Shown: positions 48,584 to 59,382, numbered from the stretch's first letter. The stretch: DNA of 64,000 nt from Smithellaceae bacterium (GCA_963667845.2 CAXXVL010000002.1:1792001-1856000); one strand, 5' to 3'. Numbers and translations are program-made. The notes: generated from the letters alone by a model not told the origin.

Positions 48584-49522
48584 ATGTCACAGATGACAAC
48601 GCTCTTATCAGTCATGGAAAGAGTAGAAAGTATGTCTAAGAACCATGTTGATCAAAATATCAAAACCAGGGAAATATCCTTTGAAAACCTGACCACCATC
48701 ATCATTGGCAGTGATGAGCATGTGTTAAAACCCATAGCACAGCAGTCCATTGCCAATCGATTAGGAATACCCATTCAATATCTGAGAAAATGTCCTGAGG
48801 ATATCCAGGCGCTCAATCTGAATCACTGGATTAAATACGAAAAGAATGAAGAATTATTCTTTCGATTTGATGGTGATGAGGTAAGGGCCATTTTCACGCC
48901 GAGATATATCCCGACAGATAACGTGGAAGTCCTGCAAAAGCTTGATGCTCTTCATTATGCAGTTGATACAAAAGTGCAGTGCAGTTTGGATGATGAATTT
49001 ATGTCATTGAGCATTCCGGATGGCAGACAGACATTCAATGTGAATGGAGAGAAGATGACTCCAGGCATATCTGTCAGTAATTCCGAAGTGGGACTGGCTT
49101 CATTGTCAATTGCTTCGTTTATGCTCAGGTTAATCTGCACGAATGGTCTTATCTCCAAGACTGAAGTAACAGCATCCTATCGCCATGTATCAGCGAAAAT
49201 CCTTACAGGACTCCCAGAAGTCTTTCACAACGTATCCCAAGAACTGGGAAGACAGAAGGCGCAGGTCCAATTGTCTCTGGAAAGCAAGGTTGATTATCCG
49301 GAGAGCACCATTAACAGGTTCAGTAGCCAGTTTCTGTTAAATAAGACGGAGAAAGAGGCCGTGGAATGGGCATTGCCAATTGAATACGGATACACAATGT
49401 TTCATATGGTCAATGTCTATACCAAGGCGGCGCAGTTTAAGGAACTGCCGGCAGAGAGTAGCTTCAGATTGGAAAAAGTGGGCGGAACGATTCTGGGGAT
49501 GGTGAAGCAGGCTGTGGATTAA
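48584..49522 (+). CDS. DUF932-family protein
   Basis: VRAIFTPRYIPTDN, GISVSNSEVG, RLICTNGLI. Confidence 0.85.
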   Translation: MSQMTTLLSVMERVESMSKNHVDQNIKTREISFENLTTIIIGSDEHVLKPIAQQSIANRLGIPIQYLRKCPEDIQALNLNHWIKYEKNEELFFRFDGDEVRAIFTPRYIPTDNVEVLQKLDALHYAVDTKVQCSLDDEFMSLSIPDGRQTFNVNGEKMTPGISVSNSEVGLASLSIASFMLRLICTNGLISKTEVTASYRHVSAKILTGLPEVFHNVSQELGRQKAQVQLSLESKVDYPESTINRFSSQFLLNKTEKEAVEWALPIEYGYTMFHMVNVYTKAAQFKELPAESSFRLEKVGGTILGMVKQAVD

Positions 49523-49549
49523 GAAGAAGAAGAAGAAAGATGTTAGGGT

Positions 49550-49588
49550 CAGCATGGGTTTCCGAGAGGGGGTCTGTGCTGATTTTCT
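49550..49588 (+). terminator. Intrinsic terminator closing the recombination module
   Basis: TCAGCATGGGTTTCC-GAGA-GGGGGTCTGTGCTGA followed by TTTT. Confidence 0.6.
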
Positions 49589-49849
49589 TAAGTCATATTT
49601 CTTTTTTTTGGTTAGCCAATACATATTTTTCTATTGGACACTATATGGGGGAGCAAGTGTGATATATAGTTACTGAGCTGATATCTTTGATGTTATGATC
49701 GATTTTTGATTTTTTGATAACATTTTACCAGTTGCATTGTTCTTTGGATGTTGTATTATGCCGTAACTAATAGATAATTTTGATATCCACCCCAAATAGA
49801 ATAAATTTATATCTTAGACTTGGCCAGCGGCGTGCATTGAAAATAAAGT

Positions 49850-50299
49850 ATGGAAATAGCAAAAATAGAACTCGCAGATAAACATATTTTTGAAAAAATA
49901 AAAGCATCCATAAGTCGCATGCATTATGTAGAGTGCGGTCTTTGTGGAACTATCCGCGTTGAAGCAATTGAATTGGCGCGCGTATTTCATTCTTCTATTG
50001 CTCATGTGGAGAAAGGCAATGAGAAGTTTAGATATTTGTGCTCAGACATTTTGGGGCAAATTATTGTATCAGCACCTGATGACTTTGATGACATAGAGGG
50101 TTACGAAAAATTTGAAAAATGGAAAGAGGAAAATGAAAGACCGGTTTACGATTTTCTAGATACATGCGATGGCACTGGCAACGTATGTGGCAGCTATGAT
50201 GATATTGTGCTTTTTAATGATTTAACCTGCGATTGCTTTAATAAAGACAAGATAAAGAACGAAATAGTTATTTATAATTATAATACGGCGCAGCTTTAA
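49850..50299 (+). CDS. Hypothetical Cys-containing protein coupled to the SNF2 gene
   Basis: TAATG overlap with the start at 50299. Confidence 0.55.
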   Translation: MEIAKIELADKHIFEKIKASISRMHYVECGLCGTIRVEAIELARVFHSSIAHVEKGNEKFRYLCSDILGQIIVSAPDDFDDIEGYEKFEKWKEENERPVYDFLDTCDGTGNVCGSYDDIVLFNDLTCDCFNKDKIKNEIVIYNYNTAQL

Positions 50300-53139
50300 T
50301 GACTGAATATCACGCACTCTATTATGCTCATGAATTAAGCAGAAGGCACTCTCTGAATGATTCAGAAAAGCTGGCTATGGCATTAGCTGATGCACAGGTT
50401 GATTTGAATCCTCATCAACTAGATGCGGCCTTATTTGCTTTCCGCTCACCTTTGTCTAAAGGTTCTATTCTTGCTGATGAAGTTGGTCTGGGTAAAACCA
50501 TTGAAGCCGGATTGGTGATTGCTCAGAAATGGTCAGAGCGTAAACGGCGAATTCTGATTATCACACCTGCCAACTTACGGAAACAATGGGCAATGGAAAT
50601 GGCAGAAAAATTCTATTTGCCAGCCTTTATTCTTGAAACGAAAAACTATAGGCAATTTAAAAAAGAAGGTAAAAAAAATCCATTTAACCAGAACGGCCTC
50701 ATTATATGCTCCTATCAATTTGCCGCTAAAAACTGTGAAGCCATTATGATCGAGCCGTGGGATTTGGCTGTTATTGATGAATCTCACCGTATGCGTAACG
50801 TTTATAAACCGGACAATAAAATTGCAAAAGCAATCAAGGCAGCATTACACAATACCCCTAAAATTTTATTGACGGCGACGCCACTTCAAAACTCACTGAT
50901 GGAGCTTTACGGTCTGGTGAGTATTATTGATGACTATGCTTTTGGCGATGATAAAAGTTTTAAGACGCAATATGCACGCCTGACGGGTGAAGATGCCTTT
51001 GATGAATTGAAAGCCCGCCTTGCACCACTTTGTCATCGGACCCTTAGACGGCAGGTGCTGGAATATATCCGTTACACAAACCGTATTCCCTTGACGGAAG
51101 ATTTCTATCCGACAAAGGATGAAATTGATCTTTATGATATGGTCACAGAGTACCTTCAGCGCGTGGCCCTCTATGCTCTGCCAAATTCTCAAAGACAACT
51201 TATTACCTTGATCCTCCGAAAGCTCCTGGCGTCATCAACTTTTGCCATTGCCGGCGCATTAGACTCGTTGGCTAATAGATTAAAAAAGATACTGAAAGAT
51301 GCCAACTTTGGCGGTGAACTGGAAGCGATTGAAAAAGATTTTGAAGAATTTGACTCAGAAGCTGAAGAATGGGATGAAGAAGAAAAAAAAGATCAATTAA
51401 CGCTTGCCGACAAAGCCGCAATCGAGGTGGAAATAAAAGAATTAGAACTCTTCCGGGATTTGGCAGTCGGCATCACTGAAAACGCAAAAGGTCATGCACT
51501 TCTCAGTGCCTTATCACATGGCTTTAAAAAAGCCACTGAATTAGGTGCTACGCAAAAAGCGATCATATTTACCGAATCGCGAAAAACACAAAACTATTTA
51601 GTAAATCTTCTTACAGACAACGGCTACAAAGACAAAATCGTTTTATTTAATGGCACTAATGCTGACGCTTTATCAAAAGTGATTTATGCAGAATGGGTGG
51701 AAAGACATAAAAACACAGACCGAGTCTCAGGTTCAAAAACCGCCGATATGCGAACAGCATTAGTTGACTATTTTAAAGAAAAAGCACAAATCATGATTAC
51801 CACGGAAGCCGGTGCAGAAGGCATTAATTTGCAGTTTTGTTCCATTGTTGTCAATTACGATTTACCCTGGAACCCGCAGAGAATTGAACAACGAATTGGC
51901 CGCTGCCACCGTTACGGTCAAAAACACGATGTTGTGGTTATCAATTTTATTAATCGTAAGAACGCTGCTGATCAGCGCGTATATGAATTGCTTGATCAAA
52001 AATTTAAATTATTTTCCGGCGTTTTTGGCGCAAGCGATGAAGTGCTTGGAGTAATAGAATCCGGAGTAGACTTTGAAAAGCGGATTGCTGCCATTTATCA
52101 AAACTGTCGCACAACCGAAGACATCGAAGCTGAATTTAACCGTCTGCAACAGGAAATGGAAGCTCAGATTTCGGCCACAATGAGTGACACCCGAAAAAAA
52201 CTTCTGGAAAACTTTGACGCGGATGTTCATGACCGACTGAGAGTAAACCTTTCAGAAAGCCGTGCCTATTTAAACAGATATGATAAAATGCTCTGGAATC
52301 TGACATGCTATGCCTTAAATGGACAGGCAAACTTTGATAATGAACATTTGCAATTTACGCTATACAACATAGATAACTTAAGCGGTGCCATACCCAAAGG
52401 GACTTATGCGCTTACACGCGAAATTGTTGATGCTCACCGCTACCGAATCGGACACCCGCTGGCACAAAAGATCATTGCTAATTGCAAAAAGATTAAGCCC
52501 AACGGGGCAAACATCCGTTTTAACTATTCTGCGTGGCCGCAGAAATCCGAAAGTCTTAAACCTCTTGTTGGAACATCCGGGTCATTGATACTTTTCAAAC
52601 TTTCCATTAATGGATCGGATGAGCAGGATCATCTGATAATCGGTGCCATATCTGATAATGGCAAAGTTATTTCTGAAGAGACGGCAAAACGTTTCTTTGA
52701 TTTACCCGTGAAAGAGATAACCACACAAGAAACAAAAAGCGTTAAAAAATTAACAACTGAGGTTCAAAGAAGAAAACAAGTTATTCTATCCGAATTATCG
52801 GCGCGTCAGGCCAACTGGTTTGAAGAAGAAATAGAAAAACTAAACTTCTGGGCAGAGGACAAACGCAAAGGACTGAAAGCAGAACTCAAAGATTACGATG
52901 ATCAAATTACAGTTCTAAAGAAGGATGCCAGACTAGCGGCAAATTTGCCCGATAAGTTAGCTATCCAGAAGCAACTGCGGGATATCGACAAAAAACGCGA
53001 TACCGCATGGAAGGCTTACGACGAAGAAGCGAAGCAAATTGAGACACAGAAAGATGAACTACTGGACACCGTAGAAGAAAAGCTCAAGCAGACCATAGAG
53101 GAAAAAACAATTTTTACAATTAATTGGTCGCTTATATGA
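50299..53139 (+). CDS. SNF2-family helicase
   Basis: LADEVGLGKT, VIDESH, LTATPLQN, TEAGAEGINLQ, YDLPWNPQRIEQRIGRCHRYGQ; coiled-coil C-terminus. Confidence 0.93.
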   Translation: MTEYHALYYAHELSRRHSLNDSEKLAMALADAQVDLNPHQLDAALFAFRSPLSKGSILADEVGLGKTIEAGLVIAQKWSERKRRILIITPANLRKQWAMEMAEKFYLPAFILETKNYRQFKKEGKKNPFNQNGLIICSYQFAAKNCEAIMIEPWDLAVIDESHRMRNVYKPDNKIAKAIKAALHNTPKILLTATPLQNSLMELYGLVSIIDDYAFGDDKSFKTQYARLTGEDAFDELKARLAPLCHRTLRRQVLEYIRYTNRIPLTEDFYPTKDEIDLYDMVTEYLQRVALYALPNSQRQLITLILRKLLASSTFAIAGALDSLANRLKKILKDANFGGELEAIEKDFEEFDSEAEEWDEEEKKDQLTLADKAAIEVEIKELELFRDLAVGITENAKGHALLSALSHGFKKATELGATQKAIIFTESRKTQNYLVNLLTDNGYKDKIVLFNGTNADALSKVIYAEWVERHKNTDRVSGSKTADMRTALVDYFKEKAQIMITTEAGAEGINLQFCSIVVNYDLPWNPQRIEQRIGRCHRYGQKHDVVVINFINRKNAADQRVYELLDQKFKLFSGVFGASDEVLGVIESGVDFEKRIAAIYQNCRTTEDIEAEFNRLQQEMEAQISATMSDTRKKLLENFDADVHDRLRVNLSESRAYLNRYDKMLWNLTCYALNGQANFDNEHLQFTLYNIDNLSGAIPKGTYALTREIVDAHRYRIGHPLAQKIIANCKKIKPNGANIRFNYSAWPQKSESLKPLVGTSGSLILFKLSINGSDEQDHLIIGAISDNGKVISEETAKRFFDLPVKEITTQETKSVKKLTTEVQRRKQVILSELSARQANWFEEEIEKLNFWAEDKRKGLKAELKDYDDQITVLKKDARLAANLPDKLAIQKQLRDIDKKRDTAWKAYDEEAKQIETQKDELLDTVEEKLKQTIEEKTIFTINWSLI

Positions 53140-53155
53140 ATATTTGAAATGAAAG

Positions 53156-53596
53156 GTGAATTTATTGTCCAATTTATACTTTGCATATGGTTCTAACTTA
53201 TGGCGTGAGCAAATGAAAAAACGTTGTCCAGGTCATAAGCTGATAGGGATTGGCTTGTTGAATGGTTATCGTTGGATTATTTCTCGACGCGGTTATGCAA
53301 ATATTGTTAAATCATTTGATGATACGATACTTGGTGTTGTTTATGAAATTACCAAAGCTGATGAGGCTAATTTGGATCGGCATGAAGGAGTCAATAGTGG
53401 TTCCTATATAAAAGAAACATGTGATGTGTTCATTGAAGCTAAGGTTTATAAATGTCTCGTTTATATTGACCCCATTATTGAGGAAGGTATCCCCAAAAAA
53501 GAATATATCAATAGAATTAATCAAGGTGTATTGGATGCAAACCTTTCACAAGAATATGTATCGCATTATATCCGTAAATATATCCCAGAAAGATAG
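53156..53596 (+). CDS. Gamma-glutamylcyclotransferase (AIG2/GGCT) family protein
   Basis: YFAYGSNL, GYANIV, GVVYEI, LDRHEG. Confidence 0.88.
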   Translation: MNLLSNLYFAYGSNLWREQMKKRCPGHKLIGIGLLNGYRWIISRRGYANIVKSFDDTILGVVYEITKADEANLDRHEGVNSGSYIKETCDVFIEAKVYKCLVYIDPIIEEGIPKKEYINRINQGVLDANLSQEYVSHYIRKYIPER

Positions 53597-53610
53597 GAGA
53601 TGTTTTAATA

Positions 53611-55575
53611 ATGAATAATGAAACTGAAAAAATTAGCGGCACATCTCTTGATATATCCGCAGAAAATCGCGCTAGGCTCAAACAGCTTTTTCCCACGGTC
53701 TTTACCGAAACAAAAAATGACAAAAGTGAACTGGTCGAAACCATCGACTTTGAAAAACTCAAAGCCGAACTTGGAACATTCACTGACCTATTTGAATCCA
53801 GACGGGAACGCTATGGTATGGACTGGCCTGGCAAGAAAGAAGCCCTTAGACTGATACAAACACCCAGCTACGCAACACTTAAACCCTGTCGGGAAGAATC
53901 GGTGAACTTTGATATCACTGAAAACCTTTTTATTGAAGGCGATAACTTGGAAGTATTGAAGCTTTTGCAGAAAAGCTATTATGGTAAAGTGAAGATGATT
54001 TACATTGATCCACCATATAATACAGGTAAAGAGTTTATTTATCCCGATAACTACAGCGAAAGTTTGGAAACATATTTGGAATATGCTGGACTAATTGATA
54101 GTGGAGGCAAAAAGTTTTCGACAAATACGGCCAACGAAGGACGCTTCCATACTAAGTGGCTGAATATGATGTATCCGCGACTCTACCTCGCTAGGAATCT
54201 CCTGCATGATGATGGAATATTTTTTATCAGTATTGATGATAATGAAATTAATAATTTGCGTAAAATGTGCGATGAGATATTCGGGGAAGAAAATTACAAG
54301 GGCACAATTGTACGTGCAACAGGGCAAACAACAGGTCAAGATAGCGGTGGTCTCGGTTCTTCTTTTGATTACACCATAGTTTATTCAAAAAACACAGAAA
54401 CAGAACTTGCCGGATTACCTTTAAGTGATAGTGATTTAGAACGATATGAAGAAAAAGATGAAAAAGGGAATTATGCTTTATGGCAATTACGTAAAACAGG
54501 TAGCAATGACCGGAGAGAAGATAGACCCAAATTATATTTTTCTATAAAAGATCCAGATGGCAATTTGGTATTTCCGATTGGTCCCACAGGATATGAAAGT
54601 CGTTGGAGATTTGATGAAAAAGGGGTTGAAAGACTTATAAAGGAAAATTTTCTGATTTGGAAAAAACGAAGAAAAGGAGAAAATGAAGAGTGGTGGCCAT
54701 ATGTAAAAACATATTTAGAAGGTAGAACAAAAAGACCATCACCTCTTTGGACAGATGTTGAGGGAAGTAAAAAAGCCAGTATTGATTTACGAGAGTTAAT
54801 GGAATGTAAAGTATTTGATAATCCTAAGCCAACACAGGTAATAAAAAGAATTATACAAATAACACCCGAATTAGAGGATTCAGATATTATCCTCGACTTC
54901 TTTTCTGGCTCCGCTACAACAGCACACGCTGTTCTCGAACTTAATAAACAAGATAAAGGCAACCATAAGTTTATTATGGTTCAACTCCCTGAGCCATGCA
55001 CAGACGATAGCGAAGCATTCAAAGCTGGTTATAAAACCATTGCCGATATTGGGAAAGAACGTATTCAACGGGTAATTAAAAAACTCAACAAAGAACAGGA
55101 AGGCATACTAGACCTTGAACAATCAGGAAGTCAAGACAGAGGCTTCAAAGTTTTAAAACTTGACAAATCCAACTTCAAACAGTGGCAAAAACTCGAACCA
55201 TCAATAACTTCGGAAAAAATCGTTGAACAATTAGAACTACACATTGATCATATCGAACATAAAGCCACGCCTGAAGACTTACTCTATGAAATCCTTCTCA
55301 AAGCAGGTTTTACACCAACTGAAAAGATTGAAACAAAAACAATCGCTGATAAAAATGTTTTTTCTGTTGCCGAAGGTGCGCTCTTGCTCTGTTTGGAAAA
55401 TGAAGTCACCAAGGAACTGGTAGACGCCATAGCCGAAGCCGAACCCATGCAGTTTATCTGTTTGGATGCCGCCTTCCAAGGAAATGACCAACTCAAGGCC
55501 AACACAGTGCAGACCTTCGCCGCACGCAATATGCAGAAGGAAAAACATAACCAGATAATATTCAAGACCATATAG
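53611..55575 (+). CDS. mod: Type III restriction-modification methyltransferase (Mod)
   Basis: IEGDNLEVLKLL, IYIDPPYNTG, FDNPKP, LDFFSGSATTAHA. Confidence 0.95.
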   Translation: MNNETEKISGTSLDISAENRARLKQLFPTVFTETKNDKSELVETIDFEKLKAELGTFTDLFESRRERYGMDWPGKKEALRLIQTPSYATLKPCREESVNFDITENLFIEGDNLEVLKLLQKSYYGKVKMIYIDPPYNTGKEFIYPDNYSESLETYLEYAGLIDSGGKKFSTNTANEGRFHTKWLNMMYPRLYLARNLLHDDGIFFISIDDNEINNLRKMCDEIFGEENYKGTIVRATGQTTGQDSGGLGSSFDYTIVYSKNTETELAGLPLSDSDLERYEEKDEKGNYALWQLRKTGSNDRREDRPKLYFSIKDPDGNLVFPIGPTGYESRWRFDEKGVERLIKENFLIWKKRRKGENEEWWPYVKTYLEGRTKRPSPLWTDVEGSKKASIDLRELMECKVFDNPKPTQVIKRIIQITPELEDSDIILDFFSGSATTAHAVLELNKQDKGNHKFIMVQLPEPCTDDSEAFKAGYKTIADIGKERIQRVIKKLNKEQEGILDLEQSGSQDRGFKVLKLDKSNFKQWQKLEPSITSEKIVEQLELHIDHIEHKATPEDLLYEILLKAGFTPTEKIETKTIADKNVFSVAEGALLLCLENEVTKELVDAIAEAEPMQFICLDAAFQGNDQLKANTVQTFAARNMQKEKHNQIIFKTI

Positions 55576-55586
55576 GGGGCCAGAAA

Positions 55587-58571
55587 ATGAAGCTAAAATT
55601 CGATTCCGGCCTCGACTACCAGCTTGAAGCCATAAAAAGTATTACTGATCTTTTTGAAGGTCTGCCTGAACAGTCGGCAGGTTTTCAAATCGATTTTGGC
55701 AAGACGGATGGAAGTATATTTAATGAGCTGGGTATTGGCAACAGTATGATGCTCGCACCAGAGCAAATACTCAAAAACATGCATAATATTCAATCCCGGA
55801 ATAATGTACCTAAATCAAGGATGCTCATTGAATCCGGCAACCCTTATTCCTTTCCTAATTATTCGGTGGAGATGGAAACCGGTACTGGTAAAACCTATGT
55901 ATATCTCCGTACCATTTTTGAATTGAATCAACTCTATGGCTTCAAGAAATTTATCATCGTTGTACCTTCGGTTGCCATCCGTGAGGGTGTAACCAGTTCT
56001 ATAAAACTGATGCGTGATCATTTTAAAGGATTATATAACAATGTTGCCTTCGACGATTTTGTCTATCAATCCAAAGATTTGAGCCGTGTCCGTCAGTTTG
56101 CAGTTAATAATGAAATTCAGATCATGGTCATCAACATTCAGGCATTTCAGAAAGATGCCGGTGAAAATGTCGACTATACAACCCTAACAGATGAAAAGAA
56201 GAAAAAACTGAATATCATACATCAGGAGCAAGATAAAATGTCTGGCCGTCGTCCTATAGAGTATGTTCAGGCGACTAATCCAATTCTGATTATTGATGAA
56301 CCGCAAAGTGTGGACAATACTGAAAAGTCACAAAAGGCAATTCGCAACCTAAACCCACTGTTTTGCATGAGATATTCTGCAACACACATCAATCCCTATA
56401 ATCTTCTCTTTCAACTTGACCCAATACGAGCATTTGATCTTCACCTGGTAAAACAAATTGAAGTCGTTGATGCATCAAGCGGACAGGACTTCAACCAGAC
56501 ACTTGTCCGGCTAAATTCCATATTCTATCCGAAAAACTCAAAGACCCCTCAGGCTAAGGTAACCATTTTTGAGAATACACCCAACGGCACTAGGGAAAAA
56601 CAGATAAAAATAAAACACGGCACTGACCTTTCCAGTCAAACTAACCGGTCAGATTATGATGGATATCTTGTGACAGACATCAATGCAGAGCCGGGTAATG
56701 AATATTTGGAATTTCAAAACGGCATTGTCATAGAGGTCTTACAGGAAACCGGCGGCATGAACGATGAACGCATAAAAAGTCAGATAGAACAAACCGTCGA
56801 AGCCCATTTTGCCAAGGAGAAAAAATACAAGGATAAGGGGATAAAAGTTCTTTCCCTCTTTTTCATTGACCATGTGAAAAGCTACCGCTCATATGATGAT
56901 CAAGGGAATCCCCAAAAAGAAAAGATAGCACGTTGGTTTGAAGAAGCCTATGCAACAATTGGCAATAAGCCCATGTATAAAGAGCTTATCCCTTACGGTG
57001 CGGAAGAAGTACACGATGGTTATTTCTCAATGGATAAGAAAAAGGGCAAGATTGTGGATCTACTGGATACCAGCGGCAGCACCGCAAAAGATGATGAGAC
57101 CTATGAGCTTATTATGAAAGATAAGGAACGTTTGCTTTTATCTGATGTGCCCTTGCGTTTTATCTTCAGCCACTCAGCCTTGAAAGAAGGATGGGACAAT
57201 CCCAATGTATTTCAGATTTGCACACTTCGGGAAATGGGTACCGACAGGGAGCGACGTCAAACTATTGGACGTGGCTTACGCCTGCCGGTTAATCAGGATG
57301 GCGACCGTATTTATGATGAGCAGATTAACCGCTTAACAGTTATAGCAAATGAGACTTTTGAGAACTTTGCCAAAGGTTTGCAGTCCGATATTGAAGCGGC
57401 TATTGACCCATCTGGTGGTTTTAAATTTGGCCGTGTTCCGCATATTGCTTTTACCCCCGTGCTCAACGCTGAAGGAACTGGTTATCTGACTCAAGAAGAA
57501 TCGAAGGCGGTTTGGGACTGTGTTGCTGCACAGGATTTGATTGACACGGTCGGTGATTTTACGGAAAAATTCCAACCCGACAAACCTGATTTTAAACTGG
57601 AACTGCCGGAACCATTCACAGGCTTGGAAGATGCGGTTATAAACCGAATGCGAAAATATCTGCCGCGTGATTTTGTAAAGGATGCGCGAAAACGCCAAAA
57701 TGTTTCTTACAACAAAAGAGTTGAGCTAAATGCAGATTTCAAAACGCTATGGGATAAGATCAGCCAGAAAACACGTTATTCAGTTGAATTCAAAACGGAA
57801 AAATTGATTGAACTTGCATCCACGAAAATCAAGAATATGGCAGACATTAAGCCTGTAAAAATCGAGATAACAAAAAGAGATTTGGAGATTAAAGAATCCG
57901 GTCTGGAAGGTGGCCTTATAACAGGCAGTAGAACTCATATTGTCAGTAATGAGCAACCATTGCCGGATATCTTGGCGTTCTTGCAACGAGAGACAGAACT
58001 CACTCGTGGCACATTAGTGAATATTCTAAAGTCATCTGGCAAGTTAAAGGAATTTACAATTAATCCTCAGGCGTTTATGACCGAAATAGCCAAACTCATC
58101 AACCGTGCGTTACATGAACTTATAATTGACGGTATTAAATACGAGCCGATTCATGGTCAATATTATGAAATGCGTTTATTTGAAGTTCGTGAAGTAGAAG
58201 AGTATCTAAACAGGCTTTATCAGGTTCAAAGCAAGGATAATCGCACGCCTTATGACTATATAGCCTATGAAAGTAGTGTTGAAGAAGAGATTGCAAAACT
58301 TCTCGACCTTGACGACAAAGTGAAATTTTTCTGTAAACTGCCTCGCTGGTTTAAAGTCGCAACACCACTTGGTGACTATAATCCGGACTGGGCTGTTGTC
58401 GTGGAAGATACTCACAAACTTTACCTTGTGCGAGAAACGAAGTCTACCTTAGACCGCGATAAACGGAGAGAAACTGAAAATGAAAGAGTGGACTGTGGCA
58501 AAGCACATTTTAAGGCATTGGGTGTAAACTTCAAAGATGCCACTTCGATTCACGATGTTTTACAGCCGTAA
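55587..58571 (+). CDS. res: Type III restriction endonuclease (Res)
   Basis: EMETGTGKT, IIDEPQ, RYSATH, EGWDNPNVFQIC, QTIGRGLR; nuclease YNPDW..VRETKS. Confidence 0.95.
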   Translation: MKLKFDSGLDYQLEAIKSITDLFEGLPEQSAGFQIDFGKTDGSIFNELGIGNSMMLAPEQILKNMHNIQSRNNVPKSRMLIESGNPYSFPNYSVEMETGTGKTYVYLRTIFELNQLYGFKKFIIVVPSVAIREGVTSSIKLMRDHFKGLYNNVAFDDFVYQSKDLSRVRQFAVNNEIQIMVINIQAFQKDAGENVDYTTLTDEKKKKLNIIHQEQDKMSGRRPIEYVQATNPILIIDEPQSVDNTEKSQKAIRNLNPLFCMRYSATHINPYNLLFQLDPIRAFDLHLVKQIEVVDASSGQDFNQTLVRLNSIFYPKNSKTPQAKVTIFENTPNGTREKQIKIKHGTDLSSQTNRSDYDGYLVTDINAEPGNEYLEFQNGIVIEVLQETGGMNDERIKSQIEQTVEAHFAKEKKYKDKGIKVLSLFFIDHVKSYRSYDDQGNPQKEKIARWFEEAYATIGNKPMYKELIPYGAEEVHDGYFSMDKKKGKIVDLLDTSGSTAKDDETYELIMKDKERLLLSDVPLRFIFSHSALKEGWDNPNVFQICTLREMGTDRERRQTIGRGLRLPVNQDGDRIYDEQINRLTVIANETFENFAKGLQSDIEAAIDPSGGFKFGRVPHIAFTPVLNAEGTGYLTQEESKAVWDCVAAQDLIDTVGDFTEKFQPDKPDFKLELPEPFTGLEDAVINRMRKYLPRDFVKDARKRQNVSYNKRVELNADFKTLWDKISQKTRYSVEFKTEKLIELASTKIKNMADIKPVKIEITKRDLEIKESGLEGGLITGSRTHIVSNEQPLPDILAFLQRETELTRGTLVNILKSSGKLKEFTINPQAFMTEIAKLINRALHELIIDGIKYEPIHGQYYEMRLFEVREVEEYLNRLYQVQSKDNRTPYDYIAYESSVEEEIAKLLDLDDKVKFFCKLPRWFKVATPLGDYNPDWAVVVEDTHKLYLVRETKSTLDRDKRRETENERVDCGKAHFKALGVNFKDATSIHDVLQP

Positions 58572-58659
58572 ATGATTTCTATTTATAAGTATTTCCATCT
58601 ATACTTATTTGTGGGGGTACGGTTGTTTATTGATTGAATGAAAAGGGGAATAAGAATAA

Positions 58660-59382
58660 ATGCCATTTATTAGCTCTTTTGACCCAACAACAATAAAATC
58701 AATTCTTCGTGTTTCAAACTACTGGAGTAAGGCTAATCGTAATCATTACCCTCTTGCCTTTTCAAAAGTTCTAAATGACTTTTATTATTGGGTTCCATGT
58801 CCGTGTAATGATCATTGCCTATGTAAACAATTTAATTGTACCCATCATTACATACGCAAGCCAGGCGTTTCCTTTGAAATTGCCAATGCACATTTTCTCT
58901 CATGTTACGTAGATGAAAAGATGAGGGAATCTGTCTCATTAGGAACAAAAGAAGGACGTGGCAAAAACGCACATGAAGCAATCTCTTCCTTCAAAACTAC
59001 GTGGGAAAAATTTCCACCACTTACAACAAACCTACTATGTACTGATTGGTATAATAAGGAATTCCGCACGTATGCTGAATCATTCAAGGCCGATATTAGC
59101 ACGATATACAAAGCTAAATGGCTATCCCTTCTTCAATTGGATACATTTGTTGCATATGATACAGGTAGTGTTCGCTTATTGGTACGCGAATATCGAGGTC
59201 ATACGTATTTTGACCTGGTCTCCGCGATCAGGAATGATCTCATAAATCATTTAGTCAAAAACTCAATCTCTATATTATCATTTCGTGAATATGATAATCC
59301 ACATGAGTTTTATCATGACATTCCTAGTGACCAATATCGACCTCTTGGGAATATAATTGACAAATTGTTTCTTACTTTATGA
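58660..59382 (+). CDS. Hypothetical protein with an N-terminal Cys/His cluster and an HhH-glycosylase-like C-terminal pattern
   Basis: CPCNDHCLCKQFNCTHH; AKWLSLLQLDTFVAYDT...PLGNIIDKLF. Confidence 0.5.
   Translation: MPFISSFDPTTIKSILRVSNYWSKANRNHYPLAFSKVLNDFYYWVPCPCNDHCLCKQFNCTHHYIRKPGVSFEIANAHFLSCYVDEKMRESVSLGTKEGRGKNAHEAISSFKTTWEKFPPLTTNLLCTDWYNKEFRTYAESFKADISTIYKAKWLSLLQLDTFVAYDTGSVRLLVREYRGHTYFDLVSAIRNDLINHLVKNSISILSFREYDNPHEFYHDIPSDQYRPLGNIIDKLFLTL

Noticed and set aside
50299..58571. DISARM or BREX system
   Set aside because: No drmA/B/C or pglZ/brxC genes; mod and res motifs indicate type III restriction-modification
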